Positions 36,355-46,406 of a DNA stretch of 64,000 bases are shown piece by piece. Origin of the DNA: an uncultured Gammaproteobacteria bacterium (lineage in GTDB: Bacteria; Patescibacteriota; Microgenomatia; Daviesbacterales; UBA10151); the NCBI GenBank assembly GCA_964625535.1, contig CAZVEX010000003.1, positions 55,524 to 119,523 on the forward strand. The letters are read 5' to 3'. The notes under the pieces are model-generated. The model had not been told where the DNA came from and did not search any database. It saw only the letters and a program-made list of their open reading frames with translations. How positions within the stretch are numbered: position 1 is the first letter of the stretch; the number at the start of each line of letters is the position of its first letter. The position numbers and the translations under genes were made by a program.

Positions 36355-38109
36355 TTACATCCTTTCCGGAGCTTCTATCCCTAAAAGATAAAGGCCCTGC
36401 TTTAAAACAGCAGCTACGGCGTTAGTTGCCGCCAGGCGAAATTTTTCTTTTTCTCCGGCTTTAAGAATACGATGCTTTTGATAAAACAAATTAAAAGCCT
36501 TGGCTAAATTTAATAAATATTCTGCCAGCGCATTAGGAGCAAAATTTTTGGCAGCTTCTTTTACAAAACTTTCAAAATATTCAATATTCTGCAAAAGCGC
36601 TCTTTCTTCAGGCTCCAAATCTGCCGGTGCCATAATTACTTTGTTATCAAAATTGGTAGCTTCCAGTACTGATCTGGCTCTGGCATAAGTATATTGGACA
36701 TAAGGCCCGCTGTCACCTTGCAAAGACACTGATTTTTCCAAATCAAAAATAACATCCATATGAGGAGACGACTTTAAAAGAGCAAACTTAATCGCACCAA
36801 TACTTACTATATCAACAATTTGTTGTTTCTCCTCTTTTTTAATATCCTTTGAAGTAGGACTTTTTTCCATCAAACCTACCACTTTTCTCCTGACTTGCTC
36901 AAACAGCCATTCAAAAGTTAAAACACTGCCCTTTCGGGAAGATAACTTACCTGAAGGAACCCTCACCATACCATGGCCGATATGTTTGGTGCTGGCAGCC
37001 AATTTTGGGTAAATTTGAGCCAAAGCAGTCATCAAAACCTTAAAATACTCGTTAATTTCGTTGCCGGTTACCACTATTGATTGATCGTAATCAAAATCCT
37101 GATGTTTTTTGACTGCCAAACCCAGCTCTTTAGCTTCATAAGTGGGCAGTCCCAAAGAGTTGATAAATACTCTTCTGTGCAATCCGTATTTTTCACCCGG
37201 GAATATGATCGCACCCTCACTTTGTTCAAATACCCCGTCATCCAGATGCTCTTTGACTATCTTCAAGCCATATTCCCCCATAATACTCTCGGGATAATAA
37301 TAGTCGAATTTAGTACCCAGACGTTTATAAATTGTTTCAAAATAATCCAGGCTCCACGATCTACCTTTTTCAAACAACTCTTCTGTTTCCTCAAGCTGCA
37401 AGCTTGCTGCCTTAATATGAACATAGATTAGAGAATTTATTTTTTTAATCTCTTCCGCAGCCTCCTTATCTTCTTCATAAGCCTTTGCTCCCAAAGCATA
37501 CGCTTCCCCTAAAAATCTAACTCTGTCTTTCGCAGATCTTTTTTCCAAATTTTTCATTTTTAATTTTTCATTTTTAATTTTCTGCTGCATTCCCCAGATA
37601 GATTTAGCCACATGCATGCCCACATCTCCAAAATAATCAGCTCTTTTAACCTTGGCCCCTTGTGCCTCAAGCAGCCTGCAAATGGATTCTCCGATAGTGT
37701 TTGAGAAAACATGCCCGATGTGAAACTCTTTAAAAGGGTTGGGGTCTGTAAATTCCACCAGAATTTTTTGTTTTTCTAAATTTTTAGCCTCAAACATTGG
37801 CTTTGATAGATTTTTCATCAAGGCTTCATTTTTAAGGAAAAAATTAATAAAACCATTAACTATTTTTATATCTTCTATATTTTTTTTACTGTCCCCTGTA
37901 GCCTGTAACCTGTTAGCTATTTCTTTAGCAATCTCATCCGGCGACTGCTTGTCATTAGCTGATGACTGTTTAGTCAGTTGCAACGGAATATTCGTACTAT
38001 AGTCTCCAAAGGCCGAATTTTTGGGGATAGATAAAACTATATCAGTAGATTTATATCCTAAATCCTCTACTGCTTTTTGCAAATCTTCCAAAATCTTCTG
38101 CTTGACCAT
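36355..38109 (-). CDS. argS: Arginine--tRNA ligase
   Basis: TDPNPFKEFHIGHVFSNTIGESI (class I HIGH region of ArgS), the N-terminal Arg_tRNA_synt_N pattern and the C-terminal DALR-type anticodon-binding domain. Confidence 0.9.
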   Translation of the reverse strand: MVKQKILEDLQKAVEDLGYKSTDIVLSIPKNSAFGDYSTNIPLQLTKQSSANDKQSPDEIAKEIANRLQATGDSKKNIEDIKIVNGFINFFLKNEALMKNLSKPMFEAKNLEKQKILVEFTDPNPFKEFHIGHVFSNTIGESICRLLEAQGAKVKRADYFGDVGMHVAKSIWGMQQKIKNEKLKMKNLEKRSAKDRVRFLGEAYALGAKAYEEDKEAAEEIKKINSLIYVHIKAASLQLEETEELFEKGRSWSLDYFETIYKRLGTKFDYYYPESIMGEYGLKIVKEHLDDGVFEQSEGAIIFPGEKYGLHRRVFINSLGLPTYEAKELGLAVKKHQDFDYDQSIVVTGNEINEYFKVLMTALAQIYPKLAASTKHIGHGMVRVPSGKLSSRKGSVLTFEWLFEQVRRKVVGLMEKSPTSKDIKKEEKQQIVDIVSIGAIKFALLKSSPHMDVIFDLEKSVSLQGDSGPYVQYTYARARSVLEATNFDNKVIMAPADLEPEERALLQNIEYFESFVKEAAKNFAPNALAEYLLNLAKAFNLFYQKHRILKAGEKEKFRLAATNAVAAVLKQGLYLLGIEAPERM

Positions 38110-38121
38110 AATCTAATAATA

Positions 38122-39012
38122 TCATATCAACCATAACAATAGTGCCTTTTGGATATGAAGTCTGTTTTCCGCTTCCTGGAAAACAACTGATTGAGGCCCA
38201 TCAATCACATCAGCTGTCACCTCTTCTCCCCTGTGAGCCGGCAGACAATGCATAAAAATGGCCTCTTTTTTAGCCAGACTCATGAGTTTTTTATTAACCT
38301 GATAAGGCTTAAATATCTCCATTCGTTTTTCTCTATCAGTATCTCCCATGCTTACCCAAGTATCCGTAACAACAACATCCGCATCTGCTACTGCTTCCTT
38401 TGGATCCACAGTTTCCAAAACTGATCCATATTTTTGGGCTTTTGAAACAATCGCAGGGCTCATCCAATAGCCTTTTGGGGATCCGCAAGCAAACAATGCA
38501 CCAAGCATGACTGCTCCCAAACAAAGCGAGTGGGTAACATTATTTTCCCCGTCTCCAACAAAGGCAATCTTAAACCCTTGAATCTTTGCTTTTATTTCCC
38601 AAATGGTAAATAAATCAGCCAAGGCCTGGCAGGGATGTTCCAAATCCGACAGGCCGTTAATAACAGGAACGCTTGCATATTCTGCCAATTTTTCCACAGT
38701 TTTGTGCTTAAATACCCTGGCCATAATCATATCTGCCATGCTTGATGTAACTCTGGCCACATCTCCCACTGATTCTCTTTTTTCCAGTCCAATATCAGAA
38801 GGCCCGAGATAGACTGCGTGGCCGCCAAGCTGGGTCATGGCTATTTCAAAAGAAAGCCTGGTTCTTAAGCTTGGCTTTTCAAAAATCATGGCCAGCGATT
38901 TGCCTTTTAGGACAGATTTGCTTTGCTTTTTTGCCAAGGCAAACACCTGCCAAATTTCTTTGGCTGAAAGATCGGCAATGGAAAGAAAATCACGCTTCTT
39001 AATCAAACCCAC
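38122..39012 (-). CDS. argF: Ornithine carbamoyltransferase
   Basis: Carbamoyl-phosphate site SLRTR (STRTR motif), plus HPCQALAD and HCLP ornithine-binding motifs. Confidence 0.9.
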   Translation of the reverse strand: MGLIKKRDFLSIADLSAKEIWQVFALAKKQSKSVLKGKSLAMIFEKPSLRTRLSFEIAMTQLGGHAVYLGPSDIGLEKRESVGDVARVTSSMADMIMARVFKHKTVEKLAEYASVPVINGLSDLEHPCQALADLFTIWEIKAKIQGFKIAFVGDGENNVTHSLCLGAVMLGALFACGSPKGYWMSPAIVSKAQKYGSVLETVDPKEAVADADVVVTDTWVSMGDTDREKRMEIFKPYQVNKKLMSLAKKEAIFMHCLPAHRGEEVTADVIDGPQSVVFQEAENRLHIQKALLLWLI

Positions 39013-40303
39013 CTTGAATAATCCCTCCCTTTTTTATCTTTTCTTTTTTAATACCGTCTCTTTTGCTTTGATTGGCTAATTTCATCTGTAAGGAATAAAG
39101 CTCAATGAAGCCAGCCGAAGCATTAACATTTAGATTATACCCTTCTTTGTTGGTAAAGGAAACATGGTCAAGGCCAAATGGTGATTTTAATGCCACCACT
39201 GTGGTGTTCCCTTTGAAAAGTTCAATTATTACTTCTCCTGTTGCCTTTTCGTTAACTTTATCATTAAAGGCATTTATAGCTCCCATAACCGGATCAAACC
39301 ATAAAGCACCATAACAAAAATATCCCCATTTTATATCCATCATTTCCTTGAGTTCATTGAGAGTTCTGGTTGAAACATACTCTTCAACTTTTCTGTGCGC
39401 TTCAATAATGACATGCGCACCAGGATGTTCATAAACTCCTCTATCTTTAAGTCCGATAATCCTATCTTCCAACAGATACACAGTGCCAACACCATGCTTT
39501 CCGGCAATTTTATTAAGCTTCATGATAAGTTTTGCCAAAGATAGCTTTTCTCCATTAAGCTTGACCGGAATTCCCTTTTCAAAGGTCAAACTCACAAGTT
39601 CTGCAGCATCCAGCGCATTTTTGGGCAATGTGTATGTAGTGAGAAACTTATCCGCTTGCGGAATTTCACTGGGAATTTCTATTTCTCCACCTTGCCAGGT
39701 AATACCCCACATATTGTCATCGTCGCTATAGGGAAAATCAACATCGGCAGGTACTAGAATACCATGTTTTTTAGCATAGGCGATTTCTTCATTTCTATCC
39801 ATTCCCCATTCCCTAACAGGAGCTATAATTTTCATCTTAGGATCGTGTGTTAAGATATATCCCTCAATCCTAACCTGATCATTTCCTTTGCCTGTTGCTC
39901 CATGAGCAATTGCATCAGCGCCCTCTTTTTGAGCAATCTCAACTGCCTTTTTCCCCAAAATCGCCCGGCCCATCGGCGTTGACAGATGATATTCACCCTG
40001 ATACGAGGCATTTGCCTTTATTCCCTTGGCCAGATATTCATCTGCAAACTCTTCTTTAACATCAAGGGTAATGGCTTTGACTGCGCCGAGTTTGAGCGCC
40101 TTTTTCTTAATCGCTTCCAAATCGTCGTGCTGCTGCCCCAAATCCAAAGTCAAGGCAACTACTTTCGCCTTGTATTGATCTTGAATCCACTTCAACATCA
40201 CCGATGTATCAAGTCCTCCCGAATAAAGCAGCAAAACTTTTTTTACCTCTCCAATTTTGGCCTCGTATGAGCTAACTTTTGTATAACTTGTCTTTACTTT
40301 CAT
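38999..40303 (-). CDS. argG: Argininosuccinate synthase
   Basis: N-terminal PP-loop LLYSGGLDTSV (AYSGGLDTS) and the conserved synthetase core. Confidence 0.9.
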   Translation of the reverse strand: MKVKTSYTKVSSYEAKIGEVKKVLLLYSGGLDTSVMLKWIQDQYKAKVVALTLDLGQQHDDLEAIKKKALKLGAVKAITLDVKEEFADEYLAKGIKANASYQGEYHLSTPMGRAILGKKAVEIAQKEGADAIAHGATGKGNDQVRIEGYILTHDPKMKIIAPVREWGMDRNEEIAYAKKHGILVPADVDFPYSDDDNMWGITWQGGEIEIPSEIPQADKFLTTYTLPKNALDAAELVSLTFEKGIPVKLNGEKLSLAKLIMKLNKIAGKHGVGTVYLLEDRIIGLKDRGVYEHPGAHVIIEAHRKVEEYVSTRTLNELKEMMDIKWGYFCYGALWFDPVMGAINAFNDKVNEKATGEVIIELFKGNTTVVALKSPFGLDHVSFTNKEGYNLNVNASAGFIELYSLQMKLANQSKRDGIKKEKIKKGGIIQGGFD

Positions 40304-41478
40304 ATATTTTTCACCTCCTGATATGCTTTTCTAAATGGCATGCCTTTTTGTACCAGTTCATATGCTTTTTGGGCTGCAAAAATCTCTTTAGTTAAAGCTC
40401 CCTCCAAAGTTTGCTTATTCGGAGTTAGATTATTGAGTAAAATACCTGCTGTCTTAATACTGTCCAAAGTAATCTCCAGACTTTCCAAGAGTGGTTTTTT
40501 AATATCCTGCAAATCTCTGTTATAACCTGAAATTAAGTTGCTTGAAATAGACACTATTTGAGTGTAATAACCTAAAACAAGATGCACTTTGCTTCGCAGT
40601 AGTTCGGCCACATCCAGATTTTTCTTTTGCGGCATCATGCTGCTACCCGTAGTTACCGCATCTGAAACTTGAAAGAAATTAAATTCGGATGTGGTAAATA
40701 ACATTAGATCCGATGCGAATTTATTAATGGATAGAAGAATCTGTGTAAGCGTAGCCAAAATTACGGCTTCAATTTTGCCTTTGGAATTTTGACAGTATAA
40801 AAAGTTATTTTGCACTTTTGCAAAACCCAAAAGCTTGGCCATATATTCCCTGTCCAATTTAAGCGGAGTACCGTATCCTGCGGCTGAACCCAAAGGCGAT
40901 TGATCATTTAATTCCAAGGCTGCATTAAGAAGAGTGGCATCATCCTTGAGTGAATCCATAAAACTGCCTGCCCAAATCTCTATTGAAGAAGGCATAGCCT
41001 TTTGCATATGGGTATACCCGGGCATCTTGATATGGCCATATTTTTTGGAAAAAATTTCAAAGCTTTTTATTAAACCGGTTAGTTCTTGCTTGATCTTCTT
41101 CATCATTTCCTTGCTGTAAAGCCTAATCGCGGTTAAAACCTGATCATTTCTAGATCTGCCGGTATGAATCTTTTGACCAACTTCACCATATTTTTGGGTT
41201 AAAAAGTTCTCAATTTTGGTATGCATATCCTCATCGCCAATTTTCAACAGAAATTTACCCTGTTTATCAAGAAAAAGAATTTCCAAAAGTCCCTTCTCTA
41301 ACTTTGCAAGCTCGCTTTTTGAAAGAATGTTGATTTTATAAAGCATTTTGGCATGGGCCGCTGAAGCCAAGCAATCATATTTAACCAGCTTTTGATCCAT
41401 TAAAAGATCATCCTTGGTCTCAAAGGCTTCAATAACAGGATCTAGTTTATATTCATTTTTCTGCCAAAGTTTTTTCAT
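40300..41478 (-). CDS. argH: Argininosuccinate lyase (short form)
   Basis: Fumarate-lyase signatures HTGRSRNDQV and GSSMMPQKKNLDV. Confidence 0.85.
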   Translation of the reverse strand: MKKLWQKNEYKLDPVIEAFETKDDLLMDQKLVKYDCLASAAHAKMLYKINILSKSELAKLEKGLLEILFLDKQGKFLLKIGDEDMHTKIENFLTQKYGEVGQKIHTGRSRNDQVLTAIRLYSKEMMKKIKQELTGLIKSFEIFSKKYGHIKMPGYTHMQKAMPSSIEIWAGSFMDSLKDDATLLNAALELNDQSPLGSAAGYGTPLKLDREYMAKLLGFAKVQNNFLYCQNSKGKIEAVILATLTQILLSINKFASDLMLFTTSEFNFFQVSDAVTTGSSMMPQKKNLDVAELLRSKVHLVLGYYTQIVSISSNLISGYNRDLQDIKKPLLESLEITLDSIKTAGILLNNLTPNKQTLEGALTKEIFAAQKAYELVQKGMPFRKAYQEVKNI

Positions 41479-41489
41479 ACTTTCTCCAA

Positions 41490-41708
41490 TAAAAAATCCC
41501 GTCTCTGCATCCTAAAAACTTAGGACACAAGGACGGGATCTCCGTGGTGCCACCCTGGTTTCCTGACTGGTTACCCAATCAAGACACTTATTGCCGACTG
41601 ACATCGGCTGCCAACTTTTACGGTTCAGCCTCCGTAGAGCATTTTGGCTCTCAGCTCCTGGATCGCGACTCCAGTACAAACGCTTAATATATTATTATAT
41701 CATACTTG
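41490..41708 (-). ncRNA. Putative T-box riboswitch leader (tRNA-sensing antiterminator) upstream of argH-argG-argF-argS operon
   Basis: The minus-strand RNA contains AGGGTGGCACCACGG (T-box consensus AGGGUGGNACCGCG, 13 of 14 positions). It is followed by the terminator hairpin ATCCCGTC...GACGGGAT plus a T6 run, ending ~17 nt before the argH ATG. The UGGC bulge would pair with an NCCA end whose discriminator is G, consistent with the tRNA-Arg found here. Confidence 0.55.
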
Positions 41709-42677
41709 TCAATACCTTGTGCGCAGGGCCAGTAACGCTCCTGCCAGGACAAAATAATACCCCACCCAGACAATCCACAAAAACTCCCCCACATATTCCC
41801 AGGCAAAAGGCAAAGAGCTAAAAAACTGGACTATATAAATAAAATAGGTCAGCATGATATTTAAAACAAAGCTCAAAAGTTGGCCAAGCAAAGAAACTGC
41901 GCTTCCTAAAAGCAGAAACAAAAATCCCACTCCCATAATATAAGGAACTATCCAAAGCACCAGGACATTGGCAAACAGCGATACAAAAGAAAATTGATGA
42001 AAATTGGAGGCGATAACAGGGGTAACCATCAGTTGGGCCCCCAAAGTGACTGCCAGATTCTCTTTAACAATATTGGGTAAAAAATGCATTGATTTTTCCA
42101 AGATGGGAGCCACCACAATTACCCCAAACGAAGCTAAAAAACTCAACTGAAAAGACAAATCGCTGATCCAGCGAGGATTGACTAAAAGAAAAAAGCCCGC
42201 CACTAAAATTAAAACCCACAGGCCATCATTCTGACGGCCAAAAGTTTGGGCTAATGAGGCCAATCCAAACATCAAAGCAGCCCGCAAAATGGGAATTTGA
42301 GCTCCAGTCAATAAAGTGTAAGCTACAATAGCAAAAAGTGTTAGAAAAATGGCTGTTTTTCTTTTGATTAAACCCGAAAGATGCATAATAAAACCGGCCA
42401 AAATGGTCAGGTTCTGGCCCGAAGCCACTACAATATGTAAAGTTGAAGTATCCCGCAAAGCCAGACGCAAATCATAAGGCAAATCCAGCTTTACCCCCAA
42501 AACTATGCCCGAGAGAAGCTGCGCTTGAGGAGAAGGCAAAAACTCTTTCGATTTTTGGGTTAAAAAAATTCTCTGATCTTTGAAAATTTCTGTTTGAACT
42601 TCCCAAGTTGGCTGCTGCCACCTGACAAAATATAACAAAACATATAAAACTATTGCCAATATAAGTGGTAATTTCAC
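41709..42677 (-). CDS. comEC: ComEC/Rec2-family competence membrane channel (competence domain only)
   Basis: Polytopic membrane protein with LLSGIVLGVKLDLP...TSTLHIVVASGQNLTIL matching the Competence (PF03772) core. Adjacent to comEA. Confidence 0.7.
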   Translation of the reverse strand: MKLPLILAIVLYVLLYFVRWQQPTWEVQTEIFKDQRIFLTQKSKEFLPSPQAQLLSGIVLGVKLDLPYDLRLALRDTSTLHIVVASGQNLTILAGFIMHLSGLIKRKTAIFLTLFAIVAYTLLTGAQIPILRAALMFGLASLAQTFGRQNDGLWVLILVAGFFLLVNPRWISDLSFQLSFLASFGVIVVAPILEKSMHFLPNIVKENLAVTLGAQLMVTPVIASNFHQFSFVSLFANVLVLWIVPYIMGVGFLFLLLGSAVSLLGQLLSFVLNIMLTYFIYIVQFFSSLPFAWEYVGEFLWIVWVGYYFVLAGALLALRTRY

Positions 42678-43282
42678 AAAATAACTATTGAATCCTTGAT
42701 TTTTTCAAAAACACTTTTGGAGACGATTTTTAAAGTCAGTAAATCCTCTATTTTTGAATAGGGCCGGCCGGAGATAATTTTGGAGGCTGTGACAGGACCA
42801 ATACCAGGTAAAGCTTCCAGTTCGGCTTGAGTGGCAGTATTAACGTTGACTTTTGCCTGGACACCTGCCACAGTTCCCCCACCTACCCCTCCGGAATATT
42901 GTTCTCCTGCAAACGGCACATAAATTTTCATGCTGTCAGAGAGCTTCAAAGCCATATTTAAATACTTGGCAATGTATTCTCCGCTGGCATTTTCGGACAG
43001 CCCTCCGGCCGCTAAAATGGCATCCTCCACCCTTTGCCCCTCATCCAGCTGATAGACTCCAGGATTAACCACTGCCCCTGAAACATCAACACTAATCTTT
43101 TTTAAACCCGAAACAATACTTTCTTTAGGGTATTCTACTTTGGGCTTGGTTAATCCTGAAACAAAAACTCCGCCAATAATCAGCACTAATCCAACTAAAG
43201 ATAGCCCCAGCGGGATTTTAAATTTATCAAGCTTTTTCTGCCAGCTTAATTCTTCATTCATAATGCTTAATTCTTCATTCAT
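42674..43282 (-). CDS. comEA: ComEA-like DNA receptor (SLBB + helix-hairpin-helix)
   Basis: C-terminal VNVNTATQAELEALPGIGPVTASKIISGRPYSKIEDL is the ComEA HhH motif. N-terminal TM anchor. Confidence 0.8.
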   Translation of the reverse strand: MNEELSIMNEELSWQKKLDKFKIPLGLSLVGLVLIIGGVFVSGLTKPKVEYPKESIVSGLKKISVDVSGAVVNPGVYQLDEGQRVEDAILAAGGLSENASGEYIAKYLNMALKLSDSMKIYVPFAGEQYSGGVGGGTVAGVQAKVNVNTATQAELEALPGIGPVTASKIISGRPYSKIEDLLTLKIVSKSVFEKIKDSIVIL

Positions 43283-43691
43283 AATGCTTAATTCTTAACT
43301 CATTCCGGTACTGCCTGATCCAGTCGCGGTATGCTTTTGCCAAATGCTCCATGCCTCGCCGTATCATTTCCCTTTTGACTATCCCTCCTTCATGGGGATA
43401 ATGATGCAGTCTGCGGTGAGGCGAGGAAAAACCATGAGCATAATGGCAAAGCTCATGAGCAATGGTATGGTCAATCACGGCCGCAGGAATCTGATTGTCC
43501 TTGAACATGCCGGTGATGGTGATAAAAGTTTGGCCTGATTTTTTATCGTACTTGATAGAGCCCAGGCGAAGCCTGGCAAACCTGCCAAACTTAATAAAAA
43601 CTTTGTTGTTCTGTAATACATCAGAAAAATATTCTGACCAGACCCAGTCCAAACGGGATAGAAGCCAAATATTATCTCTTTGTGTTTTCAT
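43275..43691 (-). CDS. HExxH zinc metallopeptidase, DUF45/SprT-like
   Basis: IDHTIAHELCHYAHG...HHYPHEGG matches the DUF45/YgjP-type pattern. Confidence 0.5.
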   Translation of the reverse strand: MKTQRDNIWLLSRLDWVWSEYFSDVLQNNKVFIKFGRFARLRLGSIKYDKKSGQTFITITGMFKDNQIPAAVIDHTIAHELCHYAHGFSSPHRRLHHYPHEGGIVKREMIRRGMEHLAKAYRDWIRQYRNELRIKHYE

Positions 43692-43749
43692 TGCTGTAAC
43701 AATCTAAACTTAATACACTCTAAAATTATCACTCATGTAATATAGTCTG

Positions 43750-46158
43750 CTAGACTACAAAATTTATAATCCTACCCGGGACATACACGGTTTTTTTCAC
43801 GGTTTTACCGTCGAGAAATTTCTTAATTCTGTCTGACTCAAGAGTCATTTTTTCTACTACTTCTCTATCTCCTTCTATATCTCTTGAGATCGTCCGGGTA
43901 TCCCGAACCTTACCGTTTATCTGAACAACTATAGTAACTTCCTGCTCTTGCAGGTATTTATTATCACTCTTTGGCCAAGACTGCTGATGAATGGAGTATT
44001 TTTCGCCGATTACGGACCATAATTCCTCGGTTATGTGCGGAGCAAAAGAAGCCAGCAGCAACAGAAATGTCTTGTATTCCCCCTTTGTCAGGTTTTCCTT
44101 TTTACTTAAATAATTTAACCATTCCATTAAAGCAGCTACGGCGGTATTAAGCTTAATGTGTTTTATATCCTCTGTCACTTTTTTGATAGTCTTATGCATT
44201 ATTCTTAGATCTTCGTCTGTAATCTGTACCCTGTTACCTGTCACCTTTTCCTGTAATCCCCAAACCCTTTGTAAAAATCGATATGCTCCTTGTATCCTTT
44301 CCGAAACCCATGGTCCTGTACCCTGATATGGCATGAAGAAAGCCACATGAATTCTCACCGCATCTGCCCCGTATTTTTTTACCTCTTTGTCCGGATTGAC
44401 TACATTACCCCTTGATTTACTCATTTTCTCCCCATCCGGCCCCAGGACTATTCCATGATTGATCCTACGCATAGCGTACTCTTCAAAATTAAGCAACCCA
44501 ATATCAAATAAAAACTTGGTGAAAAAGCGCGAATATAAGGTGTGGCCAAGTGTATGCTCTGCACCGCCAAAATAAATATCAACAGGCATCCACTTTTTTG
44601 CTACTTGTGGATCAAAAATTTTATCTTTATTTTGAGGATCCAAATAGCGCAAGAAATACCAGGAATTGTCAAAAAACCCGTCCAAAGTTTCTGAATCCCT
44701 TTTGGCTTTACCTCCGCATTTCGGACATTTGGTATTAATCCAATCCTCTGCAGTTTCCAGAGGGGCCTTACCTTTGGGGGTAAAATCCACCTCATATGGC
44801 AGTTCTATTGGTAAATCCCCCTCCGGCACAGGTACCAGACCACATTTTGGGCAATGAATAATCGGCACCGGCGTCCCCCAATACCTCTGCCTGGACACAG
44901 ACCAGTCCCGCAGATGATAAACAACCTCTGCTTTACCATCCTGGTTTTTCTCCAACTGCGCTGTTATTTGTTGTCTTGCTTCAGCGGAACTCAAGCCGGA
45001 AAACTTGCCTGAATCAAAAAGTATTCCATCCCCTGTAAAAACCTCCTCTAGAGCTTTGATCCGCTCATCTCGTTTCTTATCACCTGTCATTAAAGTGGGT
45101 TTTAAGGGGATCTGGTATTTTTGGGCAAAGGCAACATCCCGCTCATCATGAGCATCACCAAAAAGAGCACCAGTCCCGTATTCCATTAGAGCATAATCTG
45201 CAATCCAAACAGGTATCTCCTCGCCGTTAGCAGGATTAATTGCCCATGCCCCGGAAAATACTCCTGTTTTATCTTTATTCTCTTTCCGTTCTACTTGTGA
45301 TTTCTTTTGTGATCTTTTGATATATTCTTCAACTTCTTTTAATTTCGTCCCGGGCGAAGCTATAAACGGATGTTCCGGTGCCAAAACCAGAAAGGTAGCT
45401 CCGAAAAGAGTATCAACTCTGGTGGTAAAAACTTCTATGACATTTGATGATTCTTTTACTTTAAACTTTATCAGTACACCTTGACTTTTACCAATCCAGT
45501 TATTCTGCCCTTCTTTAACAGCTTGAGGCCAGTCAAGTGTGGAATCTTTATCCCAAAGCAGCCTGTCGGCATATTCTGTAATTTTCAAAAACCACTGGGG
45601 AATTTCTTTTGGAGCAACTTCACTATCGCAGCGCTCGCATTTTCCCTCTACCACCTGCTCGTCTGCCAGCACTGTCTGGCAACTTAGGCACCAGTTGGCC
45701 AGTTTTTTATCCCTGAAAGCAATACTCTTTTTAAACATCTTTAAAAAAATCCATTGATTCCATTTGTAATACTCCGGCAAACAGGTAATTACCTGATGGT
45801 CAAAAGAGAAACTACCCCCCATGGAAGCAAATTGCTGCCTCATAGCTTCAATATTGGACAGAGTCCAGGTTTTGGGATGAATGCCCTTTTTGATAGCGGC
45901 ATTTTCGGCAGGCAAACCAAAAGCATCAAAGCCATTAGGAAAAAAGACATTTAATCCCTGCATCCGCTTCATCCTGGCAAAAATATCAGCCCCGCCAAAG
46001 GTAAACCAGTGGCCCATATGCAGATCCCCGGAAGGATAAGCAAATTCGGCCAGACAATAATATTTGTTTTCTTGCTCCAAACGGGAAGCATAAATTCCAT
46101 CTTCCTCCCATTTTTTCTGCCATTTTGGTTCAATCTGGTTTGGAATATACTTTTTCAT
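43750..46158 (-). CDS. leuS: Leucine--tRNA ligase
   Basis: HMGH (HIGH) and KMSKS motifs, YPSGDLHMGHWFTFGGADIF, the CP1 editing domain, and a length of 802 aa. Confidence 0.95.
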   Translation of the reverse strand: MKKYIPNQIEPKWQKKWEEDGIYASRLEQENKYYCLAEFAYPSGDLHMGHWFTFGGADIFARMKRMQGLNVFFPNGFDAFGLPAENAAIKKGIHPKTWTLSNIEAMRQQFASMGGSFSFDHQVITCLPEYYKWNQWIFLKMFKKSIAFRDKKLANWCLSCQTVLADEQVVEGKCERCDSEVAPKEIPQWFLKITEYADRLLWDKDSTLDWPQAVKEGQNNWIGKSQGVLIKFKVKESSNVIEVFTTRVDTLFGATFLVLAPEHPFIASPGTKLKEVEEYIKRSQKKSQVERKENKDKTGVFSGAWAINPANGEEIPVWIADYALMEYGTGALFGDAHDERDVAFAQKYQIPLKPTLMTGDKKRDERIKALEEVFTGDGILFDSGKFSGLSSAEARQQITAQLEKNQDGKAEVVYHLRDWSVSRQRYWGTPVPIIHCPKCGLVPVPEGDLPIELPYEVDFTPKGKAPLETAEDWINTKCPKCGGKAKRDSETLDGFFDNSWYFLRYLDPQNKDKIFDPQVAKKWMPVDIYFGGAEHTLGHTLYSRFFTKFLFDIGLLNFEEYAMRRINHGIVLGPDGEKMSKSRGNVVNPDKEVKKYGADAVRIHVAFFMPYQGTGPWVSERIQGAYRFLQRVWGLQEKVTGNRVQITDEDLRIMHKTIKKVTEDIKHIKLNTAVAALMEWLNYLSKKENLTKGEYKTFLLLLASFAPHITEELWSVIGEKYSIHQQSWPKSDNKYLQEQEVTIVVQINGKVRDTRTISRDIEGDREVVEKMTLESDRIKKFLDGKTVKKTVYVPGRIINFVV

Positions 46159-46406
46159 ATATACAGTTTAACAAAAGCAACAAGCACAGTAAAGGTAACA
46201 AGATAAAAAAAATTAGAAAGCTTATTACTTGTTACTAGTCACCTGTTACACGGTTTTTTTCACAAGCACAATTTATCCTCTTGTTTGTTATCTTCGATAT
46301 TCTTTGATTTATTTTGTATATTCTATACACTATACACTAGACACTAGACACTACATTTAGCTTTCTGCGGTAATTATCTTGATACTATTTGAAATATTTT
46401 GACCTC

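Noticed and set aside
41490-41708. SRP RNA, 6S RNA or tmRNA identity for the structured RNA upstream of argH
   Set aside because: It lacks the SRP domain-IV GGAAGCAGC motif and the tmRNA tRNA-like 3' end. The T-box motif plus terminator fits better.
46159-46400. T-box leader for leuS
   Set aside because: I looked for the complement of the T-box motif (CGCGGTNCCACCCT) on the plus strand upstream of leuS and found none.
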